In this document: positions 1 through 13,409 of the stretch, in pieces
Position numbering within the stretch: the first letter of the stretch is position 1
Layout: the number at the start of each line of letters is the position of its first letter
Notes under the pieces: model-generated
What the model saw: only the letters and a program-made list of their open reading frames with translations
Databases searched by the model: none
Told to the model about the DNA's origin: nothing
Position numbers and translations under genes: made by a program
Assembly: GCA_030141605.1 (NCBI GenBank)
Contig: JAQGDQ010000527.1
Location: forward strand, 1 to 64,000
Source of the DNA: Tubiluchus corallicola
Lineage: Eukaryota; Animalia; Priapulida
DNA: 64,000 nt
Direction: 5' to 3'

Positions 1-592
1 GAAAAGTCAGGGAAGTTTATTTTAAAATTAAGTGAGAACCCTGCAGTTTTGTTGTTTGAAACCATGTGCATTTTGACTAATAATTTTTGTAATTGTAATT
101 TCGGCATTATCTATTACCCATTGGAATAATTTTACAGTATACAGGTAGTTGTTAGCTTAGACGTAAGACGACTAGGACGCAAATCGGGACTTGTAAATTA
201 AAGTTGTGTGCCCCTATATGTAAGATGTTGTGTGTGTACACACATTAAGAATGGCAGCACCTACAGATTAAATTATCGAATAAGATAGCGATTTGAAATA
301 AATTTGCTTAAAAAATAGAAGGAAATATGATTAAAATTACTTTTGTATAATTAATTAATTAAGTTTAGGTTGGTTCTAAAGTCAAACAGTCGCAAGTCAC
401 ATAGGTCGTAAGTCTGCGACCACCTGTAATGATCGTGGTGTTAAACATTTTATTTCAAAGGTTGTTGGTTCAAATAAAGTTTGTACCTGGCTTTTTTACA
501 TTTCCTTTTTTCCGTAAAAATTTATCCTTAAAAATACCTAATAAATGCAGGATTAGTTTATTATTAAGTTATAACTGATTAATAACTTTCAG

Positions 593-748
593 CAAAAGAA
601 AAACCAGGATGCTGCTATGAGGGAGTTTAAAACGTTTTTAGAGACGAAGGGGGCGCCACTTGCACAAACTAGTGAATTCTTACCCTATTATGCTTTGCCG
701 TTCGTTTCTGATCCTGAAAGGCATCCGAACTTCAAAGAATTATTTACT
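593..748 (+). CDS. ARMC9: ARMC9 (LisH/armadillo ciliary protein), internal exon
   Basis: ttttcAG acceptor at 591-592 and GTAAGT donor at 749; 156 nt, phase 0/0. Encodes [52 protein letters not shown], matching recalled human ARMC9 [41 protein letters not shown]. Confidence 0.92.
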
Positions 749-1440
749 GTAAGTATTTTTCTGTGATAAGAGTTATTTAAAATTGGCAATAATTTAGAAA
801 TCTTTGATTTCTTATTCAAGCTGTTTTAGTTTATTTCCCTCCCACCGCTTTCTTATACACTATTCTCTTAAATTTTTCTATATTACACTTTTTTGATACT
901 TATTTTATCTCTCCATACTCTCAGTTTTTTAACTTTACTCACTAACCTTGGCCAAATTACCCTGTTAATAAGACCCCATTTGAAACTAGTACATATGATA
1001 ATACTAATTACTGAATAATTGTATTGTTTTGTTTAGATTTACGTATCCAACTTTATTATCATTATTTTTTTTTGTTTTCAGTTCTTTTTGGATAATTTGT
1101 TTTTATTTGCATTTTTTTTCTCATTTGTTTCTGTTTTTCTTATCTACAGCATCACCGTTAATTTTTAATATTACTAATCTATTTATAAGAAAGGGTAGGA
1201 GACTAGATGACCCTATGGTCCTTCCCTGCCCTGCTCCACGATTATAATTACGTAATATTCACAAAACTTTTTATGTCAAACTAATTGGAGAAAATAAATG
1301 TTCTATGTCTATGTCTATGTCTATATATGTGCCACACAAAGGGAGTACCTACTTATTTCGGATGGTGAGATGGGACGGGTTTTTGTCATTTCTTTGATTA
1401 CTTTACAACAATTGTAACATAAATTAAACATATTTTGTAG

Positions 1441-1536
1441 GATTCCTGGATATTAAACCAGCACCAGCGTCTTGATGCCTTTCTCACAGAAGTTCTAGTC
1501 AATGCTTCACCACCTCCGCAACTGGTACAGATTTAT
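1441..1536 (+). CDS. ARMC9: ARMC9 next internal exon
   Basis: ttttgtAG acceptor; 96 nt, phase 0. Encodes DSWILNQHQRLDAFLTEVLVNASPPPQLVQIY, collinear with recalled human DSWTPELKLKLIKFL...PKLLTIY. Followed by GTATCCTTT. Confidence 0.85.
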
Positions 1537-1545
1537 GTATCCTTT
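1537..1545 (+). promoter_or_regulatory. U12-type (minor spliceosome) 5' splice site
   Basis: GTATCCTTT is an exact match to the RTATCCTTT U12 donor consensus, directly after the in-frame ARMC9 exon. Confidence 0.8.
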
Positions 1546-1884
1546 ATGGCTCGTTATAGAAGCTGGCGTGGTATACCTGTACGCCCACTGCATGCAAATA
1601 GCTGATTTCTAGCACCTGTGGTGGAAAAACCAATAATCAATGCTTAGCTGCACATGCTGCCAAATGCGAATTGCTGCCATAAAGACGTTATTACCTTCAT
1701 GAAACTTTGTGTTAAATATCAAACTTTATTATGCAGTATTTTCATGCAGGAGCTGTGATGCTTTCCAATTACGTAAAGCTAATGTTATGGCTGTTTGTAG
1801 TTGTGTTGAGTTATTTATTGATTTCTTTTGTTGGCTGTTGAAATATTCTATTTTGAGAACAAACGTTCTTGATTTGGCTACTGC

Positions 1885-2390
1885 CTGTAGTTTGCAATGT
1901 AGTGTGTACTGTAGCTTGCACTGTAACTTGTACTGTGGCTTGCACTGTAGCGTTTACTGTGGCTTGCACTGTAACTTGTACTGTGGCTTGCACTGTAGCT
2001 TGCACTGTGGCTTGCACAGTAGCTTGCACTGTAGCTTGCACTGTAGCTTGTACTGTAGCTTGCACTGTAGCTTGTACTGTAGCTTGCACTGTAGCTTGCA
2101 CTGTAGCTTGCACTGTAGCTTGTACTGTAACTTGCACTGCAACATGTACTGTAGCTTGTACTGTAGCTTGCACTGTAGCTTGTACTGTAGCTTGCACTGT
2201 AGCATGTACTGTAGCTTGTACTGTAGCTTGCACTGTAGCGTGTACTGTAGCTTGCACTGTAGCTTGCACTGTAGCTTGTACTGTAGCTTGCACTGTAGCT
2301 TGTACTGTAGCTTGCACTGTATCGTGTACTGTAGCTTGCACTGTAGCTTGCACTGTAGGTTATACTGTAGCTTGTACTGTAGCTTGTACT
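1885..2390. repeat. 12-bp tandem repeat (CTGTAGCTTGCA/CTGTAGCTTGTA)n
   Basis: About 40 direct copies; explains the VACT/QATV/CSLH pseudo-ORFs. Confidence 0.95.
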
Positions 2391-2912
2391 CGTGCGTGGT
2401 CTAATGCTTGCCTATGTGGTTGTACATCCTGCGTGGTCTAATGCTTGCCTATGTGGTTGTACATCCTATAGTTACTATTTACGAATGTGTCTAATGCTTG
2501 CCTATGTGGTTGTACATCCTATAGTTACTATTTACGCGCGTGGTCTAATGCTTGCCTATTTATTTGGTACGTACATCTATAGTTACTATTTACGTGTGTG
2601 GTCTAATACTTGCCTATGTGGTTGTACATCCTATAGTTACTATTCATTACGTGGTCTAATGCTTGCCTATGTGGTTGTACATCCTATAGTTACTATTTAC
2701 GTGATGGTCTAATGCTTGCCTATGTGGTTGTACATCCTATAGTTACTTACGTGCGTGGTCTAATCTTGCCTATGTGGTTGTACATCCTATAGTTACTATT
2801 TACGTGCGTGGTCTAATGCTTGCCTATGTGGTTGTACATCCTATAGTTACTATTTACGTGCGTGGTCTAATGCTTGCCTATATGGTTGTACATCCTCTAG
2901 TTACTATTTACG
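2391..2912. repeat. 54-bp minisatellite, about 9-10 copies
   Basis: Unit gtgcgtggtctaatgcttgcctatgtggttgtacatcctatagttactatttac, directly abutting the 12-mer array. Confidence 0.93.
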
Positions 2913-3186
2913 TTACAAAGGGAGCCCCAACAGACCAATCCAAAATTATGATCAAGGTTTCTATGCCCCTGAAATTCGAATACAAACCTTCTGGAAATGT
3001 TTTGATTTTAATTTGGACTAATATTCTGCATTTATGCATTATCATAACAACACGTGCTTGTAATTTCAGTCAGTTTAGCACGCAATAAGTTCTGGCACTG
3101 GGCCTACAAACGTGCTTCAAAGATTCGTTTATAAATAAGTAGGAGATTCTTCGTAAAACCGTGATGCAAAATGTGACGCTGCCACA

Positions 3187-3498
<312 letters not shown>

Positions 3499-4341
3499 GC
3501 TCCAGATCCGCTCTTCTTCTCACGAATAAGAAGACAAAATGTCAAAGGTCAAAATTCAAGGTTCAGAGTTCAAAAACCAATTTCATTGTAAAATCCCAGA
3601 TAAACGTAAGTCTAACAGAGGAATCTAAGTCTAATTAACGACTTTATCTAATTATCGTTGCTTTTGTGTTTTGGTTTTGCCGCAACAGCTGTTTAGTAAC
3701 GATGTGTGCGTATCTAGTAAAAGAAGTTAGGCAACACTGGGCTTTTTAGTAACTGGATGGACGACCAAAAGAAAATCTCGAGTTTTTAGTTCAGTGCGAG
3801 AAGATTTACATAAATTCGAGCAGTACTAAGACAAGGTGGCTCATGTTACAGGATTAAACTTGGGAGGCTTAATTAGCGGGTTCGCTTCCCGCTGCGACCA
3901 TCTTCTGAAAAAATAGAGGGAAAAAAGCAGCAAAAATTCAGGCATTTTTTAAACTTCAAATTTCAGTAAATTGCCCAGGCTCAGACGGGCGTCTCTTTAT
4001 GCCATTTCACTTTCCATCCAACTTTAGCTGACCTCCTTAGTAGGAATTTCGCCCCTAGCTTTGAAAACTAGACTTTTATAAATTAGCTTGAAATGATGGC
4101 GATCAGCGCCAATCTAAAAAGCAGCGGGGAGCCACCTAGCGAACGACAAGTGCAATTTCTAGCGGGCAAGAAACGCAAAAACAAATGATGGCTGTACAGA
4201 GGTCTTAGTTACACCAGAGAGCAAATTCGGAGAAGGATTTCATAGATTATAACGAACTCTCTCTCTCTCTTCTGTTAGTCCAGTTTTCCGTCACAAACTC
4301 CATACTCCTTAATGCTTGATTTGTCAACTCAGCTTTGTTAA

Positions 4342-5358
4342 AGCAAAACCGGACCCAATCTTAAACTGTACGTCAAAATAATCTACTCTTTAAATTATTG
4401 AATGGAAACATACTATTTTTTTTTTAAAATGACGCACGTGAATTATTACCACACACTAACTCTTCATTATTAGATGCATTTCACCATTTGCTAGTTAGAC
4501 GGACACTAGCGCCTGCATTTCGGAAAGCGTTGCACAAAAACAGGTGCTATACCTGTCAGTTCGGATGTGTTAGTTTCTGACGAACTACACACGTTCGACA
4601 GCTCATGTGTGAGCGCAGCAGTAAGTTTGAAATTTGAATTTTTATCTTAAAGCTTGCCTAGTTCTAGTACAACACGCTGAATATCTTACAGCAGCATTGT
4701 ACTTTAATTTCGCTTTAGCAAACACGTGCAACACGCTCGCGGAATATTTTTGCTGCTGAAAATTATGTTAGTTTGTGATGTCTCCAATATGTGGGATAAA
4801 AAGTACACATTTTAACACAATTAATACTGCAAAAGCTTTTCTGATAGTCAAATAATAGATCAAAAAATTCATTAACGGCAGGCGAGCTCAACTATTGATG
4901 ACATCACAAACTAACATAATTTTCAACAGCAAAAATATTCCACGAGCGTGTTGCGCGTGTTTATGAAAGAGAAAATTGAAGTACAGTGCTACTGTAAGAA
5001 ATTCAGTGTGTTGCACTAAAACTAGAGAAGTCATAAGATAAAAATTCAAATTTAAAATTTATCGCTGTGCTCACGTATGAGCTGTCGAGCATGTGGAGTT
5101 CGTCACAAACTAGCAGATCTGAAGTGAGAGGCACAGCACCTATTTTTGTGCTATGTGTTCCCGAAATGCAGGCGCTGGCGCCCGTCTAACTAGCGAATGG
5201 CGAAATCCATGTAACAGCGAAGAACTAGAGGCGCGAACGTGAAACTGTTTTTGTCTGGTAGTAATTCTTTCACGTAAGTCATTTTTGGAAAAAAAATAGT
5301 ACGTTTCCTTTCAATATTTTAAAGAGTAGATTGTTTTGACCTATAGTTTAAGATTGGG
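4342..5358. mobile_element. Fold-back structure: two inverted arms of a Kolobok-like non-autonomous element
   Basis: 4342-4782 is the diverged reverse complement of 4900-5358. Begins TTAA|agcaaaaccggacccaat, the same terminus as ...gggtccggttttcct|TTAA at 10885. Confidence 0.8.
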
Positions 5359-5968
5359 ATTTAATTAAGAAGTAAAAATTCATATTAGTACTTATTATAA
5401 GTACTTATTACAGACTTAATAAGTATTTAAAGTAAGCAGTAATTATGGTAGGATATTATCACATTTGTTTAGTAATCAACAAGGTCGGTTGTTGGCAGTG
5501 CTCGAAGCTACGGTGACTTGATGACGTTTGATGTCGAGCGAAACGATTAATATTCACAAACTGTCAAAATGCGCGTTCACTGCAAACATTACTTTACTCG
5601 TGAACTGCCAAATTGCGCAATTGAGCATATAAATCGTTAAATTCTTAATCTCTGCTCGCTGCTGTATTACTCCGCGATAAGCTTTAGTTATTGTTTAATC
5701 TCGACAATCCTGAAAATAATTTCTTCATCTTACAGATTTTTCCTGTTTCCCACTTTTTCCCTTCTTTCCCTGCACTTGCCCTTAAGTGCAAACTGAATTC
5801 AAGTCCCTTTTGAACAAATACTTTTCTGCCTTTTCAAACTTGTGCTGCTTCTCTACCTAGCATGTTAGTTTTTTATAGAATTTTCATTATTTTGTAAAAA
5901 TTAAAACTTCTTTTTTTCAATGATTATGCTAATATAGACTTCTACACAATCCTGTTTTTATATAAATA

Positions 5969-6101
5969 CATCAACAACATCAACAATATCAACAACATCA
6001 ACAACATCAACAACCACAACAATATCAACAACATCAACCACATCAACATTATCAACAACATCAACAACCACAACAATATCAACAACATCAACAATATCAA
6101 C
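5969..6101. repeat. (CATCAACAA)n-type low-complexity repeat
   Basis: Visible 9-bp periodic run. Confidence 0.85.
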
Positions 6102-6139
6102 ACGCCCTTCATCAAAAATAAGCTTCCACTCCTCTAGGA

Positions 6140-6600
6140 GCCAACATTAAATCCAAGAACACACAATATTAAACAAACACGCACTAATAACAAATACGGC
6201 AACAATTCTATCACTAAACAAGGAGTTCAACTTTGGAATACCCTGCCATCAAATTTAAAACAAATCAAGTCTTTCGACGAATTCAAATCAAAATTAAAAA
6301 TACATACATTAAATCGTTTTGAAAACCCAACATACGTAAACGATAATATATATTCATCCGCAAATTTTATTTAACCACGTCCATTTTAAATTGTATGTAT
6401 ATAATCTATTGTAATTTCCGTGTAATATTATAATGTATATTTTGTTTTAAATTTTTGGCACAGTAGTTTTTAGTTTGCACTGGACGCATTTGCCTTTAAC
6501 AGTTGTGTGAATTTTATTCTCATGCTGCGATGTTCTTTTATGCTTTTATAGTTATGAATATCGATTTTTTATGGCAAATAAAGATTATTATATACAAATA
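6140..6600 (+). mobile_element. Degenerate 3' end of a CR1/L2-like LINE
   Basis: Translates to ...YGNNSITKQGVQLWNTLPSNLKQIKSFDEFKSKLK, a typical WNxLP...SxxxFKxxLK C-terminus, followed by an AT-rich 3' UTR with AATAAA. Confidence 0.6.
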
Positions 6601-7390
6601 AACATATATATATATATATATGTGCAGGCAAAACGCGAACAAACCTTGTAATGAAACATAATAACGGAGATTCCACTGTACTACAATAGTATTGCAGATC
6701 GTTCCACTTCTGACAAAATGTTCGAGAAAACTCGATGTTCCTAAAGAATGACAAAGGGTTCTGATTTCAGTCGAACTTGTAGTTTGGAATGCTGCCCTGT
6801 TTGGGATTATCTGATCTTCGTCTTAATCACATTATAATGAAACTAATGATTATCGCCCGAGTTGAGTTACCATAATAGTGATCATATTCATAGAATTAAT
6901 AGATGATGAAAATCAAAGATATTATGATATGAAAGAAAATAATATAGCAGAACCACAGAAGGTGCGACTACCATTGGCATGTATGCAAAAACTGATCATT
7001 AATTACAGGTGTGCCTTACCTGCCCCAGGTAATGTAAACAGTAGCGGTCATAAAAAGAACAACATTAGGAGGTACTGGTGTAAAAAGACACACATATATC
7101 AGTACCAGACACTAGCATAAATCTTCTAGTTGTATACCTGTGTCATCATGTAAAGAAAACACATTTATCACCTGGCGTGACTTTTACCTGCCTACCTGGG
7201 AGACAGGAAAATTCCTTAAATGCATTAGTTAGTTTACCATAAACTAGTAAATAAGAGGTGAGGAAACGTTATGTAAGCTATTGACTAGAGACTTTAGGGA
7301 ACAAAACTGTCTACAAATGTTACCTACAACCCTGCAGTGAGTCTAAACCCAATACGCGCAATACAATATAGTTCAATGTAATGCAATCAT

Positions 7391-8030
7391 TACAGTACAG
7401 TACAGTGCAGTGCAGTGCGGTGCGGTGCGGTGCAGTACAGTGCAGTACAGTACGGTACGGTACGGTACGGTGCGGTGCGGTGCGGTGCGGTGCAGTGCAG
7501 TGCAGTGCAGTGCAGTGCAGTGCAGTGCAGTGCAGTGCAGTACAGTACAGGACAGTACAGTACAGTACAGTACAGTACAGTACAGTACAGTACAGTACAG
7601 TATGGTACAGTACAGTGCAGTACAGTAGAGTGCAGTGCAGTACAGTACAGTAGAGTGCAGTACAGTACAGTACAGTACAGTTGGAGCAGTACATGTACAG
7701 TACAGTACAGTACAGTACAGTACAGTACAGTACAGTACAGTACAGTACAGTACAGTACAGTACAGTACAGTACAGTACAGTACAGTACAGTACAGTCCAG
7801 TCCAGTCCAGTCCAGTCCAGTCCAGTCCAGTCCAGTCCAGTCCAGTCCAGTCCAGTCCAGTCCAGTCCAGTACAGTACAGTACAGTACAGTACAGTACAG
7901 TACAGTACAGTAGAGTGCAGTGCAGTGCAATACAATACAGTACAGTAGGGTGCGGTGCGGTGCGGTGCGGTGCAGTGCAGTGCAGTGCAGTACAGTACAG
8001 TACAGTACAGTACAGTACAGTACAGTATAA
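7391..8030. repeat. Compound pentanucleotide microsatellite (CAGTA/CAGTG/CGGTG/CAGTC)n
   Basis: Blocks of related 5-mers; source of the YSTVQ/LYCTV pseudo-ORFs. Confidence 0.95.
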
Positions 8031-8659
8031 CACAATACAACAAAACGTTAAACACAAGCAATCCAGTACACACAACAACGTATATACAAATTAGTTATAT
8101 TCGAAACCGAAGTGCAGTAACAGTATGAAATCACGTTTTATGAACCCGGACTTTTGAACCACACTGTACGATGCCAATCAAAGTCAATTGCGCTCTCAGA
8201 ATACCGTATTACAATATGGTATTATATAGACAAACGATAATAGCCTGTCTGATAGCGGTTACATCAACAGCAGAAATTAATTCTCACTAGGAATTTAAAC
8301 ACTAATCATTCTAAAGTGATATTATTGCGTAACCATGGGCACCAGTGAATGCACAGCCATGTTGGAGCAAATGATGAAGTTGGTACTTGGTCTGCATAAT
8401 ACTGCAATAACCTTTTAGTTGTAATAACATCATGAGTGGCCGGACAGACTCTTAATGCTATCAGTCATATGTAGCGGAATCAGTGACATATACAAGTGCA
8501 CGTGGTCAAGTGGTCAGAAGTAGGTATCAGTGGGTTACAACGACGCCATTCAAATAAAAAATCAGAGCTTCAACTCAAATTCAAGTTTTTTTATTGACGG
8601 AGATCGCAAAAATCAGCTCATGACGTAGAGATCGCGGATTCGTCACCTGGCTTTTTTTG

Positions 8660-8720
8660 GTAGACATAATTAACTTTCATCTCAGGAGGCGAGGGTTCGA
8701 ATCCCAGACGCCTTGTAGTT
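8660..8720 (+). mobile_element. Degenerate tRNA-derived SINE head fragment
   Basis: B-box GGTTCGAATCC at about 8694; no complete cloverleaf. Confidence 0.35.
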
Positions 8721-9345
8721 TCCACAACAAAACGGTGACACTGCAGACGTGCAACTAAGCAGACAATCCAGCTGGATGAGACTCTATTCATTCGCTTTGG
8801 TGAATCTGTTTAGCGGCCTATTAATCTGCTTCTGACACGTGTATAGGACTTGATTCTATACCACCGCCGCCAGCTTGTATACAACTTATCCATCTAAATG
8901 TAAACTGCTGACTCGATTAGTGAGACGTCTTACCCTGGTTTTGACCTCAATAGAAGCCGAGGCGAATTAATCAGAACATCATCCACTGCCAGACGTTTTA
9001 GATGATCAACTACCATTTGAAAAATATCGCCTATAGGGGTGGATACCGTCGCCAGTTCGTGTGTGGCAGAGAAACTGCACTTCTCTTCTTTCCTCGCTGG
9101 ACCCAAGAAGTTTTTCATTCAAAGATCACTTGAAATTATTGTGAATTGTGCTCTCCAAGTACTGAGATCCAGATTTCCCAAGGTCTAAGAAAATATAAGC
9201 TCCACTACTGCTAAGATCGTACCAGCATAAACACTCGAAATCTAGCCAGTTCATATCCCGAAGGTAAATTACCTCTTTCCTCAATTCATGTCACTTACTG
9301 CCTCAGCTGCATCCACGCTTCAGTCACATTTTTTTCTAGTTACAT

Positions 9346-9753
9346 CAGGGGTGTGCAAACTGCGGCCCGCCGTGAGATCTTGTGCGGCCCGCGAAGAGGT
9401 TTGTCAACGTAATGAAAGTGCGGCCCACGTGATCCAGCTGAAGTCTGCACCAATATCGCAAAGATAGTGCGGGTAGTTTTGTCCTCTAAATCGGATGGCA
9501 TTAACCCTTACAAGACCGTTGTCACTTAATGTCACTGTCGGACATGACGAAATATATGGTTTTTAATATAAATTTTAATAATTTCTAAAATAGTTTTTTG
9601 AGTGTAGTAGTAATGATGTGCGCAAATCGGTTGCAAAAAAAATCGTTATTAGGTCCTACTGTACTTGGCTCCTTGACCAAACTGCATGTGGCCCACAGGA
9701 ATTGCGGGAATGTTTAATGGGGCCCGGCTAGTCAGATAATTTGCACGCCCCTG
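9346..9753 (+). mobile_element. hAT-type MITE, family A copy 1
   Basis: TIRs caggggtgtgcaaa...tttgcacgcccctg; near-perfect 8-bp TSD agttacat/agtcacat; homologous to 48250-48712 and 61327-61565. Confidence 0.88.
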
Positions 9754-9919
9754 AGTCACATGATCACCACTTCAACCTAGTGGGATAATCAGTTTAGGAC
9801 TCTAGATTGAGGAAGAGGACTTTAGGGCTCAAATATTTAGCCTTCCAAGAAATTGAATGTTTGAATTACAGGTGGTTAGACTTCAGACGTTTGAAACCCT
9901 CTTGGTCTTCTATGTTTAA

Positions 9920-10885
9920 AGAAAAAACGGGGTAAAAGACAAAAAGTATACATTTTAACATGTACAACAAACGCAAAAGCGTTTCTGATAATTAACAACA
10001 GGTTAAAAATTCAATTAGTGGCGGACGAGTGTCATAAGTGACATCATAGGTGGCAGTCAGTGTCATAAGTGACATCATAAGTGACAGCCAGTGTCATAAG
10101 TGACATGATAAGTGACAGCCAGTGTCATAAGTGACATCATACGTGACAGCCAGTGTCATAAGTGACATCATACGTGACAGCCAGTGTCATAAGTGACATC
10201 ATAAGTGACAGCCAGTGTCATAAGTGACATCATAAGTGACAGCCAGTGTCATGAGTGACATCATACGTGACAGCCAGTGTTATAAGTGACATCATACGTG
10301 ACAGCCAGTGTCATAAGTGACATCATAAGTGACAGCCAGTGTCATAAGTGACATCATACGTGACAGCCAGTGTCATAAATGACATCATAAGTGACAGCCA
10401 GTGTCATGAGTGACATCATAAGTGACAGCCAGTGTCATAAGTGACATCATAAATGAACATAATTTTCAATAGCACACATTCCATAAACGTGTTGCACCTG
10501 TTTGTAAAAACGAAAATTGAAGTACAGTGCTACTGTACAACATTCGGTGCGGTACGCAAAAACTTGGGAAATAAAAAATATAAAACGAAGTATAAAGTAA
10601 TGAAGTATAAAATTTAAATTCAAGTTTGTGCGCAAAACTAGTGCATTACGTCACAACTGGACACCTTTGAAATGAGAAGTACTGCACCTGTTTTTTACAC
10701 TGCGTTTGCGAGACCACTTAACTAGCGAATAGTGAAATGCATGTAAAAGTAGCCCGGGCGAACACGAACTAACGTTTCTGCAGTAATAATTCTCTCGCGT
10801 AAGTCATTCTTTAAAAACTAGCATGTTTCCTTTCAATATTTTATAGGGTACATTGTTTGAGTTTAATATTGGGTCCGGTTTTCCT
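9920..10885 (+). mobile_element. Kolobok-like non-autonomous DNA transposon with internal 31-bp array
   Basis: TTAA on both sides; short TIR agaaaaaacgg / ccggttttcct (AG...CT ends); right arm homologous to 4900-5358 and 53710-54107. Confidence 0.75.
10029..10451. repeat. 31-bp minisatellite, about 13 copies
   Basis: Unit gtgtcataagtgacatcataagtgacagcca, inside the Kolobok-like element. Confidence 0.95.
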
Positions 10886-12047
10886 TTAAGTCGACGTACA
10901 GAGGTCCAATTTTGGGGGGCACTTGGTAACCCGGATAGCGCTTCTACACACCTCACCAAGCAGGTGCCAACAGCAATTTGCATTTTTCATTCTTTGCTAT
11001 CCAAAAATAGGCCAAAACTGATACTTTTTGCGATCGAATCACTGAGAGTCGGCCACACAATGATCGTAATTGGTCCAAACTTTCTAGTATAGAATCGTTT
11101 AACCCCGGGCTTCAAAGGACCAATACCACAAATCCTGAGTTGGTTGGCCTGCCAGGTTCAGGACTTATCGATCCAAAATCTACACATGAGAAAGAGGGCA
11201 GCAAAAACAAACCTCAGTAATTTGTGAATTTACTCAACCCTGGATGATCGGTACCTTCAGATTGAACGTCTGATTGAAGCAAATGTTTACAACGAGTTAA
11301 ATTCTTATATTTATTTCACCTGTCAAAGTTTCTAAAACAGCTGCTCTCTTGTTAGCAGACGAAAAGTCTCGATATCTTCAGACAGCCAAGAATCGTATTT
11401 TACCGACTTCAAAATTTGCCAGCAGAAAAAACTTCGGTGGAAATTGACAGGAAAAAACTATTAGTGCACTTGAGACGATTAAAATTGCCCGCAGCGCCAT
11501 GTTGCAAGAATTCAACTGTGTAGACTGAAATTTTTCTAGGGCAGCGGAATTCAGCATCATTGTAAAGAAAATGATTCGAGAGTGCTCCTCCATGTCTACC
11601 CACCTCTAGCGGTGAACTGAAGAACTAAAATGAAGGCGCAACTGCTGAAGTAATAAAATCAATGCGACTTTATTTACCATTTCAGTAAACACCGTAAACT
11701 AGTAATGTTTTTCACTCGAGAGATTTTGTCGAAATTTTTTATCACAAATTCTAAAATAGATGTCACCAGCTTCCCTCGAGCACATTTCAGATCTGGTTTT
11801 TTTAAATATCTCTCTGAAAGTTCTTAATGGCGGTTTTACTGTTAGCAAATCAGTTCAAAGATCACTAAACTTGTACCAACTACTCTTACATTTAGTAAAA
11901 AACAGTTTGTCACAACTAGTTACTACTGGCCCAGAAATTAGTACAACCTGTGCAACATTACCAACTGTCAAGAGAAATTGTTACCAAGCATTAATGTATA
12001 GGAACCTATTGTATTTCGTAAAAAACAGTTTGTCACAGATAGATACT

Positions 12048-12314
12048 TGTTGGCATCCTTCTGTCTCGGAAGACAATAGAGTGTGCGCCAAGAGAGTCAG
12101 TTATTGATCACATTGATGGAGCTGCAGCTTCGACTGTGGCTGAGCAATCCGATCCTTGAACATCTCCAGGGCGCACGCCTGGGCAAGGTGTATGGAGATC
12201 CTGAGTTGTCCAGACAACAGGAACCCCCTCTCTTCCTCCCTGGTGTAGTCCAAAGGAAAGCGGAGCGATACGTTTGGCACCAGGTTGGCTGCAGGAGCTG
12301 CCGGAGTCAGTGAT
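12048..12314 (-). mobile_element. 5'-truncated copy of the 5S-headed RTE-tail SINE
   Basis: Matches the 3' half of the 30394/37344/55766 copies; flanked by 9-bp TSD atagatact (12039-12047, 12315-12323); inserted into a degenerate ~125-bp tandem repeat spanning 11895-12480. Confidence 0.88.
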
Positions 12315-12899
12315 ATAGATACTACTGGCCCAGAAATTAGAACAGCCTATGCAACATTACCAACTGTCAGAAGTTGTTACCAAGCAACAATGCACAGCAA
12401 CTTATTGTAATTAGTGAAGAACAGCTTATCACGACTAGTTACTATTGACCCAGAAATTAGTACAAGCTATGTAACATTAATAATGTTTTTTATTTACGCT
12501 TTCGTGTTTTTATATCACTTTGCTGCCTATAGTAACTCTGATGCTCTGACAATCAGTAGGCTAGACGTGAGCTTCTTTAGTGCCAATATAGTTAAGGCGA
12601 TTTTTTTCTTGCATCTCCTAGTTCCTATCTGCTGCCTATAAATCAATAGAACACACACGTATCATTGGCTTCTGCATGGTTTCAATAACTCGTACTTTCC
12701 CACGAAATTATGGCGTAGTTTTATCTGCACGCTAACCGTCTATTAATGTTCCGGTTCTAGAAATAGTCATCCCCTAACATACAGGGCTGTCTAACAGCAG
12801 TAACTGCATGCTGGCAAAGATTACTGCTATTGCCTGTTAAATTTGTTTTCATATAAAAGTTCATATATATATAAATATTTTCATATATATTAGTTGACA

Positions 12900-13345
12900 C
12901 TGTATTTCTGTATAACTCTGAGCTCTGGACATTAAAAGCAAATCATAAAGCTGAAATCGATGCGTTTCAAAGGCGAAATTACAGAAACATTTTGGGTATT
13001 AGATGGCCAAAGAAAATTTCAAACAAAGATCCATATGAAAAAATAAAAGAAGAACCTTGGACAAGAAAAATAAAAAGACGCCGTTTAAGATGGATTGGGC
13101 ATATGCTTAGACTACCTGATGATGTTCCAGTGAAGATAGCTCTTCAACAAGCCATAGAACCAGCTAAAAAACCTGCAGGAGGACAAATGTTTACATATTT
13201 AGATTTTGTACAGAAAGATTTAAACACTTCAGCATTGATCGTTAGATATAAATGCACTTGGGGCATTGCAGCGTGTAGGGAGTCCTGGCATAGGGAGGTG
13301 AGCAGAATCATGTCACTGGACGTGTGATTCATTGGATGATGATGA
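12900..13345 (+). mobile_element. RTE-like LINE 3' fragment
   Basis: LYNSELWTL...IDAFQRRNYRNILGIRWPKKISN...IKRRRLRWIGHMLRLPDD is a typical RTE post-RT C-terminus; short (TGA)n tail. Confidence 0.8.
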
Positions 13346-13409
13346 ACGTTCATTCAGATTTTCTTTCGAAGCCAAAGTTTATCTGCTTTAGTTCAACATG
13401 CATTTATAT

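Noticed and set aside
1709-2441. Long Cys-rich or VACT-repeat ORFs (also 7320-8094, 15455-16396, 29358-29753, 51211-51850, 52522-52870)
   Set aside because: Open in several frames on both strands only because the repeat units lack stops; no splice or homology support.
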